Positions 32,254 to 42,154 of a stretch of DNA of 64,000 nt are shown here, one piece after another (within the stretch, counting starts at the first letter, position 1; each line of letters starts with the position of its first letter). The stretch comes from an uncultured Nitrospiraceae bacterium (GTDB taxonomy: Bacteria > Nitrospirota > Nitrospiria > Nitrospirales > Nitrospiraceae). The notes below the pieces were generated by a model that was given only the letters and a program-made list of their open reading frames with translations, did no database searches and was not told the origin of the DNA. The stretch spans positions 928,001-992,000 of the forward strand of contig CAVSTP010000002.1 of NCBI GenBank assembly GCA_963730935.1, written 5' to 3'. The position numbers and the translations under genes were made by a program.

Positions 32254-35200
32254 GTGCGAACGGACAAGCGCTCTTCTCAAAAACCCGACAAGAAACTGCC
32301 CTCGCGGATGCATAAGCGAGGCATCGTCGGGTATAGCAAGAAAACCGCGCTGCTCGAAGAAGCAATCACCCACATGAACACCGGCAAGTACGGCCGGTCG
32401 TCTGCTGCGCTGAAGGAACTCCTCGCTCTCGATCCACAGAATATCGAAGCCCGCCATTTGTTTGCGACACTCCACCTCCGGCTCGGCAGTCTCGTCACTG
32501 CGAGGCAAGCCTTTGAATCGCTCGCCAATGAGGCGATCGGCCGACAAGATTATTGGCTCGCCGAATCTCTGTTGCGCGAGTACTTGGCCGCCGGACCCCG
32601 CTGTGTTCCCTTTCTCGAACAGCTGGCCCAGGTCCATCAAGAAAAGGGCGACGAGATGGCCGCGGTTGTCGAACTAGGTAAAGCCATTGAGATTTTGCGG
32701 GACGATCCCGACCCAGACAACCCACAGAAGGCTGCACAACTCTACTCAAAAATCCGCGAACTGGCTCCCGCAAGTTCCGTCGCGTTTCAGCTCGCTTCAT
32801 TGTTTGACGTACAGACCGGTGAGTTGCTCATCCCCCCGACCACTCCTTCCACCCCACCCTCGGAGGATTTCACTCCTTCAACCGATGCTGTCATGTCGCC
32901 GGCAAATGGTCCGGCTCAAGCTGTCGAGCACACTCTGCCGGAGGTCATGCCATGGGAGGTGGCCGAAGAATCGCCAGCGGCGGATGAAACGGAAACCGAC
33001 GCTCCTGAAGGTCCTACGCCGTCGGCGCCCGAGGAGATACCTGTACTGGAGTCGGCTGTCGATGAGGCACCCTTCTCCTACAAGATGAGTGAGCCGGTGC
33101 CTTCTGATGCTTCCTCGGATGATGCGATACAAGGCGTTGCAACGAGTGAAATGCCTTCGGAGACGCTGCACGGCGTTTCCTCGCCCATGCCTTGGGAACA
33201 GATGGCAGATGCCTCAGTGCAGATCCCTGAGCCCGAGACCCCTCCAACACCCGAGGCGTTCTCTCCACTCGAATCGGTCCTGGCCTCTCTGCGAACAGAG
33301 GACACGACAGTTGCGTCGTCGTCCCCGGCGATTGAAGAAACGCCACCAGAAGCACCAGCCGCCAGCGCGCACGTGGCAGAGCCTGCACCCTTAGAGACCG
33401 GCCAGACTGAATCCGCTTCATTGTCGGCACCCATGCCATGGGAGCAGATTTCTGATCCGGCGATTCAGATATCGGTCCCCGAGGCTGCACCCACACCTCC
33501 GCCTCAAGAATTCGAATCCAATGTGTCACCCGCGGCGCCCGACATCCTAGGTTCACTGGCTGTCTCCGACGCGGCTTCATGCCCGCAACCGGCTGCTGAA
33601 CTGACTGAGGCTCCACCGATGGAGCCCGCTCACTCGACGGAGCCTTCGGCTGCCAGCGCAGGCGAGGTCCCATCGGCCACATCGTTCTCGTGGAATTCCG
33701 TCTTTGACAAGGCCTGGAAATTCACAGCCGGCACCATGGCGCCCAGTCCGACTGTTCCGTCGGAAACCGCACTCGAGGCGACCGATGAGCCGCAGGCGAT
33801 GGAGACGCAGGCAGTGGAGAGCTCGGTCGTAGAACCACCCCCAGTCGCTTCCCCTTCCCGTCAAGAGGACCTCGTCGCTCCGGTCGCGCCAGAGACGCCC
33901 GTTTCCTTTTCACCGATTGTGAGTGGACAGGTCCCACAGCAAGTCGTTCCCACCACGCCGGTCGATTGTCCACCCATCCCTGCCGAGACATCTCCACGAC
34001 AAGAGACCCCCGCTCATTGGAACACCGGGGAAGTGGCGGTTCAGGTTCACCGGCCCTCCAAGAAGAAAAAACGGTGGGAGAAAGAGTCCGACGACGCTGC
34101 ACCGGCAGCGGAACCTCCATCGGCGGATGAATTGCTCCCGGAGCCCGAACCAGAAGAGAAACGACAATGGAAATCCACCGTTGACGAGCCGGCTCCCCCC
34201 GTGGAACCGGTGTTCAGCCCGCCGGTGGACTTGCGCCCAGAGTGGATGCAGGCGACGGAAGCGATTACCTTGGCTCGCACCGAACCAGCGGCGCCCCATG
34301 CAAGATGGAGCGATGCCGACGTGTTGGTCCCGCCCACCGCTGAGGCCGCAAGAGTGTCAGCCGTCGATGTGCTGTTTTCTCCGAGCCCGACGGCCGATGA
34401 AGTCCATCCACGTGGTTCTCTGTCCTGGGCGAAGCCGCGCCCCCGCCTGATGGCTCGCCTCCACCGAGTCCGGATCGGGATTTCCTCGTTCATCGGCTCG
34501 TGCTTTTCGACCACTCGTTCCCTCACCTTTCTCGCCTTCATGATCACGATTGCCACCGTTGTGGTGGCTGCGGCCGGCGTAGGAGCGGTCGGCGTGATGT
34601 GGATGGTTATGGAGGACCCACCGAGTTCGCTCTATCAAACCTTGACCATCTCGCCTCCGCGTGTGATTACGGATGCCAAGAAGAATGGCTATCTCCTTCT
34701 GCTGGGCTTCGATGCGCCCGACGGCCAAAATCCGGTTCAGGCCGGATATGAACGGAAGGCGGAGCCACAGCGTGACCGAGTCACGGCCCAGGTGTGTCTT
34801 GGCGACGAAATCAAAACACCTGGCGTCACCGGGGGAGCGTCCGATCACGTGGTCAAGGGATGGATCCGGAGCGGCGACCTCCTGTCGAACCTCAAAAGCC
34901 AAGGCGCGACCCTCAGATCTTTGAGCTCTCGGGAGTCGACCGCCCTGGCTCGCTATCAGCAATGGCTCGCGATGCCTTTCGACGATTGGGGCTTCGGACA
35001 GTCGGTCGGCCCGAACTGCACCCGTGTGTTGCTAGCGCACCGGCTCTTCGTGTTGGACGGATTCAATCAGGACCTGCCCACGGGTCTCGACCGACTGGAA
35101 GCCGACTTCCAGGCGTGGCGGGTGGCCCTCGCACAGTCCAAGACACTGCCGATGAAGATGCTGGCCGTGACGGCCGTGCAGGACGACGCCTCGGTAGCTT

Positions 35201-35889
35201 CCGGACTGCTTAGCCGCGTGGATCTTGACGGAGGCTCGCTTGCCAAATTGAGCAAGATGGTCCGTCCTCTCGATCAGGTAGAACTATCCATACGTTGGCC
35301 GATGCAAAGTCAGTTTGTCTGGGCGACGAAAGCGGTTTCGTCCGAGCTCAGAGACGACAAAGCGGCAGACCGCCCCTGGTATGTCTCAATCACGGCAGCG
35401 ATGCGCCTGCCGGTTCAACGCCGTGCCAACGCCTATGCGGAATATTACGAAGCGGCCAACAAGACGGTTGCCGGCAGCCGATATACGAATTTGCCCAAGC
35501 TTTCGACATTCGTCCAAACGCCTCCGTCTGGGTTGATGGATTATTTGACCAACCCTGTCGAGCACATCGTGGGCATTGAGCCGCTGCCGTCGTGGGATCC
35601 CTTCGTGATGCGGATGGTCGAGGCCGATGCGCAACTTCGTTTAGTAGGGCTGCAGGCCTGGCTTAGGCGCGGACCACAAGATAGCGACGTCCTCATGCGG
35701 TTGGCGAAAGCCGGTCAAGCGTACTATGATCCCTTTACAGGCCTTCCGATGCTGGTCAACCAGCGCAAAGGGGTAATCTACAGCGTCGGGCGGGATGGGA
35801 AGGACCAGGAAGGCGATGATGTTCGCGACGTGACAGCGATAATCCCTCTCTCAGCTTCTGAATCCCGCCGTAGTGCCTCACTCCGGTAG
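32254..35889 (+). CDS. Large protein: N-terminal TPRs, long acidic Pro-rich linker, one TM helix, C-terminal helical domain
   Basis: 1211-aa ORF; TPR-like LKELLALDPQNIEARH; P/E/S/A-rich middle; TM FLAFMITIATVVVAAAGVGAVGVMWM; C-terminal DPFTG.P..YSVGRDGKD. Confidence 0.85.
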   Translation: MRTDKRSSQKPDKKLPSRMHKRGIVGYSKKTALLEEAITHMNTGKYGRSSAALKELLALDPQNIEARHLFATLHLRLGSLVTARQAFESLANEAIGRQDYWLAESLLREYLAAGPRCVPFLEQLAQVHQEKGDEMAAVVELGKAIEILRDDPDPDNPQKAAQLYSKIRELAPASSVAFQLASLFDVQTGELLIPPTTPSTPPSEDFTPSTDAVMSPANGPAQAVEHTLPEVMPWEVAEESPAADETETDAPEGPTPSAPEEIPVLESAVDEAPFSYKMSEPVPSDASSDDAIQGVATSEMPSETLHGVSSPMPWEQMADASVQIPEPETPPTPEAFSPLESVLASLRTEDTTVASSSPAIEETPPEAPAASAHVAEPAPLETGQTESASLSAPMPWEQISDPAIQISVPEAAPTPPPQEFESNVSPAAPDILGSLAVSDAASCPQPAAELTEAPPMEPAHSTEPSAASAGEVPSATSFSWNSVFDKAWKFTAGTMAPSPTVPSETALEATDEPQAMETQAVESSVVEPPPVASPSRQEDLVAPVAPETPVSFSPIVSGQVPQQVVPTTPVDCPPIPAETSPRQETPAHWNTGEVAVQVHRPSKKKKRWEKESDDAAPAAEPPSADELLPEPEPEEKRQWKSTVDEPAPPVEPVFSPPVDLRPEWMQATEAITLARTEPAAPHARWSDADVLVPPTAEAARVSAVDVLFSPSPTADEVHPRGSLSWAKPRPRLMARLHRVRIGISSFIGSCFSTTRSLTFLAFMITIATVVVAAAGVGAVGVMWMVMEDPPSSLYQTLTISPPRVITDAKKNGYLLLLGFDAPDGQNPVQAGYERKAEPQRDRVTAQVCLGDEIKTPGVTGGASDHVVKGWIRSGDLLSNLKSQGATLRSLSSRESTALARYQQWLAMPFDDWGFGQSVGPNCTRVLLAHRLFVLDGFNQDLPTGLDRLEADFQAWRVALAQSKTLPMKMLAVTAVQDDASVASGLLSRVDLDGGSLAKLSKMVRPLDQVELSIRWPMQSQFVWATKAVSSELRDDKAADRPWYVSITAAMRLPVQRRANAYAEYYEAANKTVAGSRYTNLPKLSTFVQTPPSGLMDYLTNPVEHIVGIEPLPSWDPFVMRMVEADAQLRLVGLQAWLRRGPQDSDVLMRLAKAGQAYYDPFTGLPMLVNQRKGVIYSVGRDGKDQEGDDVRDVTAIIPLSASESRRSASLR

Positions 35890-35958
35890 ACCTTTCGTCC
35901 TGTATATCCCGACGGCTCTCCCCGAGCTGTGACCCGCACAGGCCGTGTCGCCGGTCGC

Positions 35959-35987
35959 TTGACAGTGGCGAGGCTATTCCAGACAAT
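35959..35987 (+). promoter_or_regulatory. Putative sigma70 promoter
   Basis: TTGACA-N17-GACAAT, supporting a start at ATG 36022. Confidence 0.5.
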
Positions 35988-36021
35988 CCCACTAGCGGCG
36001 TACCTGTCCGGAGCACCGGCC

Positions 36022-37491
36022 ATGAATCGTGATTGGACATCTCGGTTTCGTCGTGGAGTCCGATCTACGGGACCGATCCCCACCCAAATTGTGTCGAACG
36101 AGGAATTCCTGCCCTGGCCTCGCACCGCGGAGCAGTCGTTGGTGGAGGAGGCCCTCCTCAAAGCGAGCGGGGAGGCGTCGATGCGACTCGGCATGAGCCG
36201 TAGGCAGTTTCTCAAGACGTCCGGTGGCATGGCTGCGGCGCTCATGGCGATGAATTCGGTGTTCGGCAGCCTATTTGACGTCCTGCAGACGGAACTGTTT
36301 GAACCGGCCGCCTTTGCCGAGCGACAGGGAGACCCCTTTTTCATTTTCGACGTGCAAACACATTATGTCAGCGCCGGGTATGATCCGACGGATGCCGAAG
36401 GCCGCCGTCGGGGAGCGGTGACGAAGGATGCGTTATTGGGATTGCGCCGCCGCGCGCGAGAGACGGGACTCAATCCCCGGCTCTCGGCCGACCGCGGGAC
36501 GCTCGATGATCTCTCGTGGCAGAACTTCATCAAAGAAGTGTTTTTCGACAGTGAAACGTCTATCGGCCTCATTAGTACGCCGCCTGGACCGTATCCCCAG
36601 GAAGCGGTCGTGCCGCCGAAGGAGATGGCCCACATCAGAGACGAGGTCAACCGGCTGGCAGGATCCCAACGCATGCTGGCCCACGGACTCGCGACGCCTC
36701 AATTGGGGGCTGCGGATCTGGATTTCATGACCATGCAGGCCGAGCAACTGAAGATCGATGCCTGGAAATGCTATACAGGATCGTGCCCGAAGGGCTTTGA
36801 CCATGGCTGGTGGATGGACGATGAGAAGATCGCCTACCCGATGCTCGAACACGCGAGAAAGCTCAATGTAAAGCGCGTGTGCGTCCATAAGGGGCTCCCG
36901 CTGGGCCCCGTCCCGGAATACAACCATCCGAAGGATCTCATCAAGGCGGCCAAGGATTTCCCCGATATTGATTTCCTCGTTTATCACTCGGGTATGAAAA
37001 GCGCCGCTTCCATCGATGAAGCGTTTGAGAAGACCGGCGAGATACCTTGGACCACGGAATTTTGCCGCATGAAAAAAGCCAACCCCGGGCTGAAGAACAT
37101 TTACATGGAGATTGGTTCAACGTTCGCACAGCTCGTGACCACCCATCCGATGGTGTGTGCGCATTTCTTCGGGCAGATTCTGGACGCGTTCGACGTCGAT
37201 CACGTGCTGTGGGGCACCGACTCGATCTGGTACGGGACCCCTCAGTGGCAGGTCGAAGCGTTTCGGCGGTTTCAGATGCCTGAGCCGCTGATCGAGAAGC
37301 ACAAGTATCACGCGCTCACGCGCGATGTGAAATCCAAGATCTTCGGGTTGAATGCCGCGGGACTATTTGGCGTCGATGTTGCTGCGGTCAGGAATGCCCT
37401 GCCGAAAGATGCGGTGGGTCGCCTTCGCCTCAGCTATCACGAAGAAGGCACAGAGCCGAGTCACAGGCTGTATGGGTGGGTGGCACGATAA
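36022..37491 (+). CDS. Amidohydrolase_2-family metal-dependent hydrolase
   Basis: FDVQTH, WKCY, VCVHKG, FLVYHSG, VLWGTDSIW, KIFGLNAA; internal SRRQFLK motif. Confidence 0.88.
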   Translation: MNRDWTSRFRRGVRSTGPIPTQIVSNEEFLPWPRTAEQSLVEEALLKASGEASMRLGMSRRQFLKTSGGMAAALMAMNSVFGSLFDVLQTELFEPAAFAERQGDPFFIFDVQTHYVSAGYDPTDAEGRRRGAVTKDALLGLRRRARETGLNPRLSADRGTLDDLSWQNFIKEVFFDSETSIGLISTPPGPYPQEAVVPPKEMAHIRDEVNRLAGSQRMLAHGLATPQLGAADLDFMTMQAEQLKIDAWKCYTGSCPKGFDHGWWMDDEKIAYPMLEHARKLNVKRVCVHKGLPLGPVPEYNHPKDLIKAAKDFPDIDFLVYHSGMKSAASIDEAFEKTGEIPWTTEFCRMKKANPGLKNIYMEIGSTFAQLVTTHPMVCAHFFGQILDAFDVDHVLWGTDSIWYGTPQWQVEAFRRFQMPEPLIEKHKYHALTRDVKSKIFGLNAAGLFGVDVAAVRNALPKDAVGRLRLSYHEEGTEPSHRLYGWVAR

Positions 37492-37494
37492 GAA

Positions 37495-37589
37495 CGGGTC
37501 CTGTCACCGACCAGCCCAGCCGTCCTCGCACCCCGCCCGGTGTAGGGACCCCGCTGCGGGCGGCAGGGCGCCCAGGTCGGTGCCACCCG
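37495..37589. other. GC-rich intergenic long hairpin (structured RNA or REP-like element)
   Basis: Nested stems cgggt/acccg, caccgacc/ggtcggtg, gccc/gggc, gccg/cggc, cgca/tgcg. Confidence 0.5.
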
Positions 37590-37624
37590 CAACACCTTTG
37601 TGACTCGGTAGAGGAGAGAAAAAA

Positions 37625-38308
37625 ATGAAGAGTGAAATTCTGTATCCGGGGGCGTTTCCGATGGCCCGTGTAGAATTGGCTGCAGGCGAAGCCATCAAGG
37701 CCGAATCCGGTGCCATGGTCGCCTCGTCCCCGACGATTGACGTCGAGAGCAAAATGGAGGGCGGTTTTCTCGGCGCCCTGTCACGCAAGTTCCTGACCGG
37801 CGAAAAGTTCTTTTTTCAGACGCTTCGGGCGAGTCGGGGGCCGGGCGAGGTGCTCTTGGCGCCGACGGTGCCTGGGGAGATCGTCATGATGGAACTCGAC
37901 GGGGTCAACGAATATATGGTGCAAAAGGACGGGTTCCTGGCGGGCGACGAGATGATCAAGCTGGACAGTCAGATGCAGAGCCTCAGCCGTGGCCTGCTTG
38001 GCGGCGAAGGGTTCTTTATTCTCAAGGTGAGCGGGAAAGGGACCCTGTTGTTGAACAGTTTCGGGGCCATCCATAAAATCGAACTCAAGCCCGACCAAGA
38101 ATATATTGTCGACAATAGCCATTTGGTTGCTTGGTCGGGCACCACTTCCTACAACATCGAGCGTGCCGCTTCGGGATGGGTTGCCAGCTTCACGTCCGGC
38201 GAGGGATTCGTGTGCCGATTTCGCGGTCCCGGCGTTGTCTATATCCAGAGCCGGAATCCTGGCGGTTTCGGCGCGTGGGTGCGTCAGTTCATTCCCGTCT
38301 CCGAATGA
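37625..38308 (+). CDS. AIM24 / TIGR00266 family protein
   Basis: GEAIKAESGAMV, TGEKFF, GGEGFFIL, YIVDNSHLVAW, SGEGFVCRFRGPG.VYIQSRN. Confidence 0.92.
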   Translation: MKSEILYPGAFPMARVELAAGEAIKAESGAMVASSPTIDVESKMEGGFLGALSRKFLTGEKFFFQTLRASRGPGEVLLAPTVPGEIVMMELDGVNEYMVQKDGFLAGDEMIKLDSQMQSLSRGLLGGEGFFILKVSGKGTLLLNSFGAIHKIELKPDQEYIVDNSHLVAWSGTTSYNIERAASGWVASFTSGEGFVCRFRGPGVVYIQSRNPGGFGAWVRQFIPVSE

Positions 38309-38331
38309 AGTGAAAGGGCGGCGCTTCGCTG

Positions 38332-39459
38332 ATGAACAGCCCCAACGCTCTTTGCTTCGGCGAGGAGTTTCCTGCCACAGGCGTGCCATGTCACGTGGAA
38401 GTGTCCTCCTCGGGACTGACGGTGCGATTTCAGGAGGATGTGCGGGGGCTCGACCAATTGAGCTTACCGTTTTCCACCGTCTCCGTAACGGCCGGCGGTC
38501 TTGACCACGATCAATTGGTCGTACGGTGGGGGCTGACACCACAGATACAGACGTTGTATCTCAAGGATCCGGCGGTGATCCGTGCCTTTCGATCGGCTGC
38601 CCCGCCCGATCTGACGAAGCACCTGGACGAGACCGCGGCCATGGTTCGACGGGTGCGAAGCCGAAATCGGACAGTCTGGGCCCTCGTGATGGTTGTCATC
38701 GGAGGCCTGGTCCTCTCGGTCTGGTTCAGCACTGATGTCCTGGTCGGATGGGCCGTCGATCGTATCCCGGTGGAGTGGGAGAAGCGGCTGGGCCAATCTG
38801 CCTACCAAGACTTTTTGGTGCAACAGACCGTGATGAAGGAGGGGGCCTCGGTTGCGGCGGTGCATGAAATCAGTCAGCGGCTCCTTGAGCGCGTTCCCAA
38901 CAATCCCTACACCTTCGAGATCTCCGTCGTGAAGAACGATGTCGTCAACGCCTTTGCATTGCCTGGCGGCTATGTCGTCGTGTTCACCGGCCTGCTTGAG
39001 CAGGCGAAGAGCGGGGAGGAGGTGGCAGGCGTATTGAGCCACGAATTCAATCATGTCCTCGAGCGGCATGGCCTCGAGCGGATCGTCAAGCAACTGGGCG
39101 TTGTGGCGGTGATCGGGATCATCCTTGGTGATCAACAGGGATTGGCCGGCGTCATGAAACAGGTGGGTGTCGAGTTGCTCTCCCTGAAATTCGGTCGGGC
39201 ACAAGAGACGGAGGCCGATGTCACGGGGCTCCAGTTGCTCCATCGGGCCCGTATCGATCCTGCCGGAATGATCACCTTTTTTCAGCGGATGTCGGAGCAG
39301 GAACAGGGACGGGTGGAATGGCTGTCCACCCATCCCATGAGCGCCGCTCGCGCTGAGCGGCTCAAGAAAGAAATGGCGTTGCTCCCCAAAACCGTGCCAG
39401 AGCCATTTACATTCCAATGGGAAACCGTTCAAGCATCAGCCGGAGCCGCCAGGCGCTGA
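38332..39459 (+). CDS. M48-family zinc metallopeptidase
   Basis: VNAFALPGG, HEFNH (HExxH), ETEAD, WLSTHP; one TM helix. Confidence 0.92.
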   Translation: MNSPNALCFGEEFPATGVPCHVEVSSSGLTVRFQEDVRGLDQLSLPFSTVSVTAGGLDHDQLVVRWGLTPQIQTLYLKDPAVIRAFRSAAPPDLTKHLDETAAMVRRVRSRNRTVWALVMVVIGGLVLSVWFSTDVLVGWAVDRIPVEWEKRLGQSAYQDFLVQQTVMKEGASVAAVHEISQRLLERVPNNPYTFEISVVKNDVVNAFALPGGYVVVFTGLLEQAKSGEEVAGVLSHEFNHVLERHGLERIVKQLGVVAVIGIILGDQQGLAGVMKQVGVELLSLKFGRAQETEADVTGLQLLHRARIDPAGMITFFQRMSEQEQGRVEWLSTHPMSAARAERLKKEMALLPKTVPEPFTFQWETVQASAGAARR

Positions 39460-40010
39460 CCAAGCGCCGGACGCTTCGGATCGGAGTGATCACCGATACC
39501 CATGGGCTCTACGATCCGGCGATCGAGCCGCATTTTCGCGGGGTCGAGGAAATCCTGCATGCCGGCGATATCGGCGACAAGGAGGTGATTCGACGCCTGC
39601 GTCGACTTGCGCCGGTCACGGCGGTCTCCGGTAATGTGGATGACTACGAAGCGAGCGGGTTTCCCCGCCGACGCCTGCTGTTAAGGGGCGGACTGAGGAT
39701 TGCCCTCTGTCATGTGCTGTATGAACGAGGGAAGATGACGCCTGAGGCGGAGGCCTGGTTGGATCGCGAGCAACCGGATGTGTGCGTGTTCGGCCATAGC
39801 CACCGTCCCACACTGGCCCAGCATGGCCGCACGATGCTCTTTAATCCCGGGTCCGCAGGCCCCAGACGGTTTTCCTTACCGCGTGGTGTCGGCATCCTGA
39901 CGGTGGGAACCGGGAAGACGACGCCTACCTTGATTCGTCTGAGCGACCGCGTCGCTGCAAGCTCTCCGTCACCAAAAATCTCGGGTCGAGCGAAAGGAGC
40001 CTCATCATGA
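39417..40010 (+). CDS. YfcE-like metallophosphoesterase (start uncertain)
   Basis: ITDTHG, HAGDIG, GNVD, FGHSH, NPGSAG. Confidence 0.9.
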   Translation: MGNRSSISRSRQALTKRRTLRIGVITDTHGLYDPAIEPHFRGVEEILHAGDIGDKEVIRRLRRLAPVTAVSGNVDDYEASGFPRRRLLLRGGLRIALCHVLYERGKMTPEAEAWLDREQPDVCVFGHSHRPTLAQHGRTMLFNPGSAGPRRFSLPRGVGILTVGTGKTTPTLIRLSDRVAASSPSPKISGRAKGASS

Positions 40011-40594
40011 AAGCCGGACGATTGTCACGCGGGGTTGTGTCCAGCCTGGTCGTGGTCAGCCTCATGACAGCAGGCTCAGGATGTTTTGGGCCGTTTAACC
40101 TGACCAGGAACGTGTATAACTGGAATAGCGGAATCAAGGGGAGCGGTGAAGTCAACGAAAAATGGATGAAGGAGATCGTGTTCTTCGGCATGATCGTCAT
40201 CCCTGTCTACATGTTTTCGGCGCTGCTCGACGCCTTTGTCTTCAACGCGATCCAGTTTTGGAGCGGCAGCAACCCGGTGAAAGTCACGCAAGGGCCCGAT
40301 GGACACATTCAAGAAGTTCAAATTGTGGACCAGAACATTCTCGTGACGTGGTCGGAAGATCATCGTTCGGCTGCCCTGACATATCAGCAGCAGGGGCGGA
40401 TCATAAAAACAGCGCTCATTGTGGAAGATGACACTGGATATAGACTCCTAGAAGGAGGACGGACTCTCGTTCTCACCGAACAGGCTCTCGATGGTGGAGT
40501 TAACTTTGTGGATGGCGATTGTCGGCTGATCGATCATGTATCTTTCCACCTCCTTTGGCGGGTATCGAATGACCTGGCACGACCATCGTCATAG
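40007..40594 (+). CDS. DUF3332-family lipoprotein
   Basis: SGCFGPFNLTRNVYNWN; KW..E.VF..IPVY..D..VFN.IQFWSGSNP. Confidence 0.82.
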   Translation: MKAGRLSRGVVSSLVVVSLMTAGSGCFGPFNLTRNVYNWNSGIKGSGEVNEKWMKEIVFFGMIVIPVYMFSALLDAFVFNAIQFWSGSNPVKVTQGPDGHIQEVQIVDQNILVTWSEDHRSAALTYQQQGRIIKTALIVEDDTGYRLLEGGRTLVLTEQALDGGVNFVDGDCRLIDHVSFHLLWRVSNDLARPSS

Positions 40595-40849
40595 CGACAT
40601 TGTCCAGTGTGTTTCCAGAACGTGAACCACCACTGTCCGCCATGGCCGGGTTAATCGCAGGCGTATAACGCCGGTCGATCAGCACCTGTCGCCTCAGCGG
40701 AAAAGCCCGAACAATCCAGAAATATTGCAGCCTTTTGCAATCATCCCTCCAACCTTCTTTTATCCAAACCCTCAGGTGATGACCCTAACTGGGGGATTGT
40801 ATTTTTCAACGTCGTTGCCTAGGCTTACCCTCAAACTGAGGGTATTGGG

Positions 40850-42133
40850 ATGTCTTCCAATAGTGCAAGAGTCGGCATCCTACTCGTGCTCTGCGCGCTT
40901 ACTTCCTGCACCGCTTCCACCAATACAAAACGCACCACCGTATCTCACCCTTCGGGACTTCCGGAATCCGGCAACGATGTTCTCTCTGATACCAGACAGC
41001 AGTATCCGTCCGACCTGTATCTAACTGGCATTGGAGAAGGGACTTCGGAAAAGGCTGCGACCGAGCTCGCCCGTGCCGATCTCTTAAAGAAGGTCCGTGC
41101 AGAAGTGAAAGTGACGTGGACGGATTTCATGCTGGAGAGAAACGGTCGTGGAGAGCAAGAACTGTCGCGGTTGGTAGAGACTCGTGTAACGGAGCTGGTC
41201 AAGGGCATCGAGGTCGTGAATCAATGGATGGACTCCAGCGCTGGTCTAACCTACTGCGTGGTAGTTTTGCCGAAAACAGAGGTATCTAGAATCCTTCAAA
41301 GCTCTCAGGGTCAAAGCGAGGTGGTTCCGGAGTCCCTAGACGCTTCTCCGGTGCGAGACGACATCTGGGTAACAGCCGAGGGAACCGTACTCTTCAGCGA
41401 GGACACGACAATAGAGGAAGCCAGAACACGTTCGCGCGATGAGGCGCGACGTAAGGCCATTGAGCAAGCGATCGGGGTTTTTGTGAGAGCCAGCACAGTG
41501 GTGTACAACGCTGGGCTGGCCGAGGACCTCGTCCATTCGATCGTCCGGGGTGTTGTGATTGAGGAGCAGATCCTCTCAGAGGGACTGCGAGAAGTCGATA
41601 TTGGTAAGGGGAAAAAAGCGCTGATCCATGATACGACGCTCAGAGCTCTGATTAGGCCGGTTCCGGCCGAACGTCGCACCAACTTTGCGGTTAGGGGTAA
41701 TCTTAACAAGCCCATATTCTTTGCCAATGAAGAAATGGTGATCACGGTCGCGGCTTCCGAGGCAGCCTACATTCATATTTTCAATGTCGAACAGGACAAT
41801 GCGGTCACCGTTTTGTTTCCCAATAAGTTCAGGCGAGATAATTTCTTGACCGGGAAGAAAGAGTTGACCTTCCCGGACGACGAGCTTCGAGATATGGGAG
41901 TGCGCCTCCGCGTCATCCCTCCTGCAGGAGCCAGTAAAGCTCTTGAGAAAATCAAATTGATTGCCACTAAGAAGAACCTAGATTTACCGCGAGGCAAGTT
42001 CAATGATGCGAGCTTCCAAACCTATCAGGGACAGGACACCGGTTTAGTCACTGATCTTATGAAGGAGCTAACCAAGTTGGACGACACGGAGTGGGCTGAA
42101 ATGACCGTATCGTATGAGGTTCTCAAGAAATAG
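40850..42133 (+). CDS. Lipoprotein with LPP20-like domains and a C-terminal DUF4384-like domain
   Basis: Lipobox LTSC; YLTGIGEG..A..ARADL; AEG..AR..ARRKAIEQAIGV; AYIHIFNV..VTVLFPN..E.IKLIAT. Confidence 0.75.
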   Translation: MSSNSARVGILLVLCALTSCTASTNTKRTTVSHPSGLPESGNDVLSDTRQQYPSDLYLTGIGEGTSEKAATELARADLLKKVRAEVKVTWTDFMLERNGRGEQELSRLVETRVTELVKGIEVVNQWMDSSAGLTYCVVVLPKTEVSRILQSSQGQSEVVPESLDASPVRDDIWVTAEGTVLFSEDTTIEEARTRSRDEARRKAIEQAIGVFVRASTVVYNAGLAEDLVHSIVRGVVIEEQILSEGLREVDIGKGKKALIHDTTLRALIRPVPAERRTNFAVRGNLNKPIFFANEEMVITVAASEAAYIHIFNVEQDNAVTVLFPNKFRRDNFLTGKKELTFPDDELRDMGVRLRVIPPAGASKALEKIKLIATKKNLDLPRGKFNDASFQTYQGQDTGLVTDLMKELTKLDDTEWAEMTVSYEVLKK

Positions 42134-42154
42134 CCAGTAGTGGAGGTCGCACAC

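Noticed and set aside
38464..39432. Long antisense ORFs (also 7109..7963, 37781..38542, 60892..61563)
   Set aside because: They overlap well-supported genes, are expected at this GC content and show no motifs.
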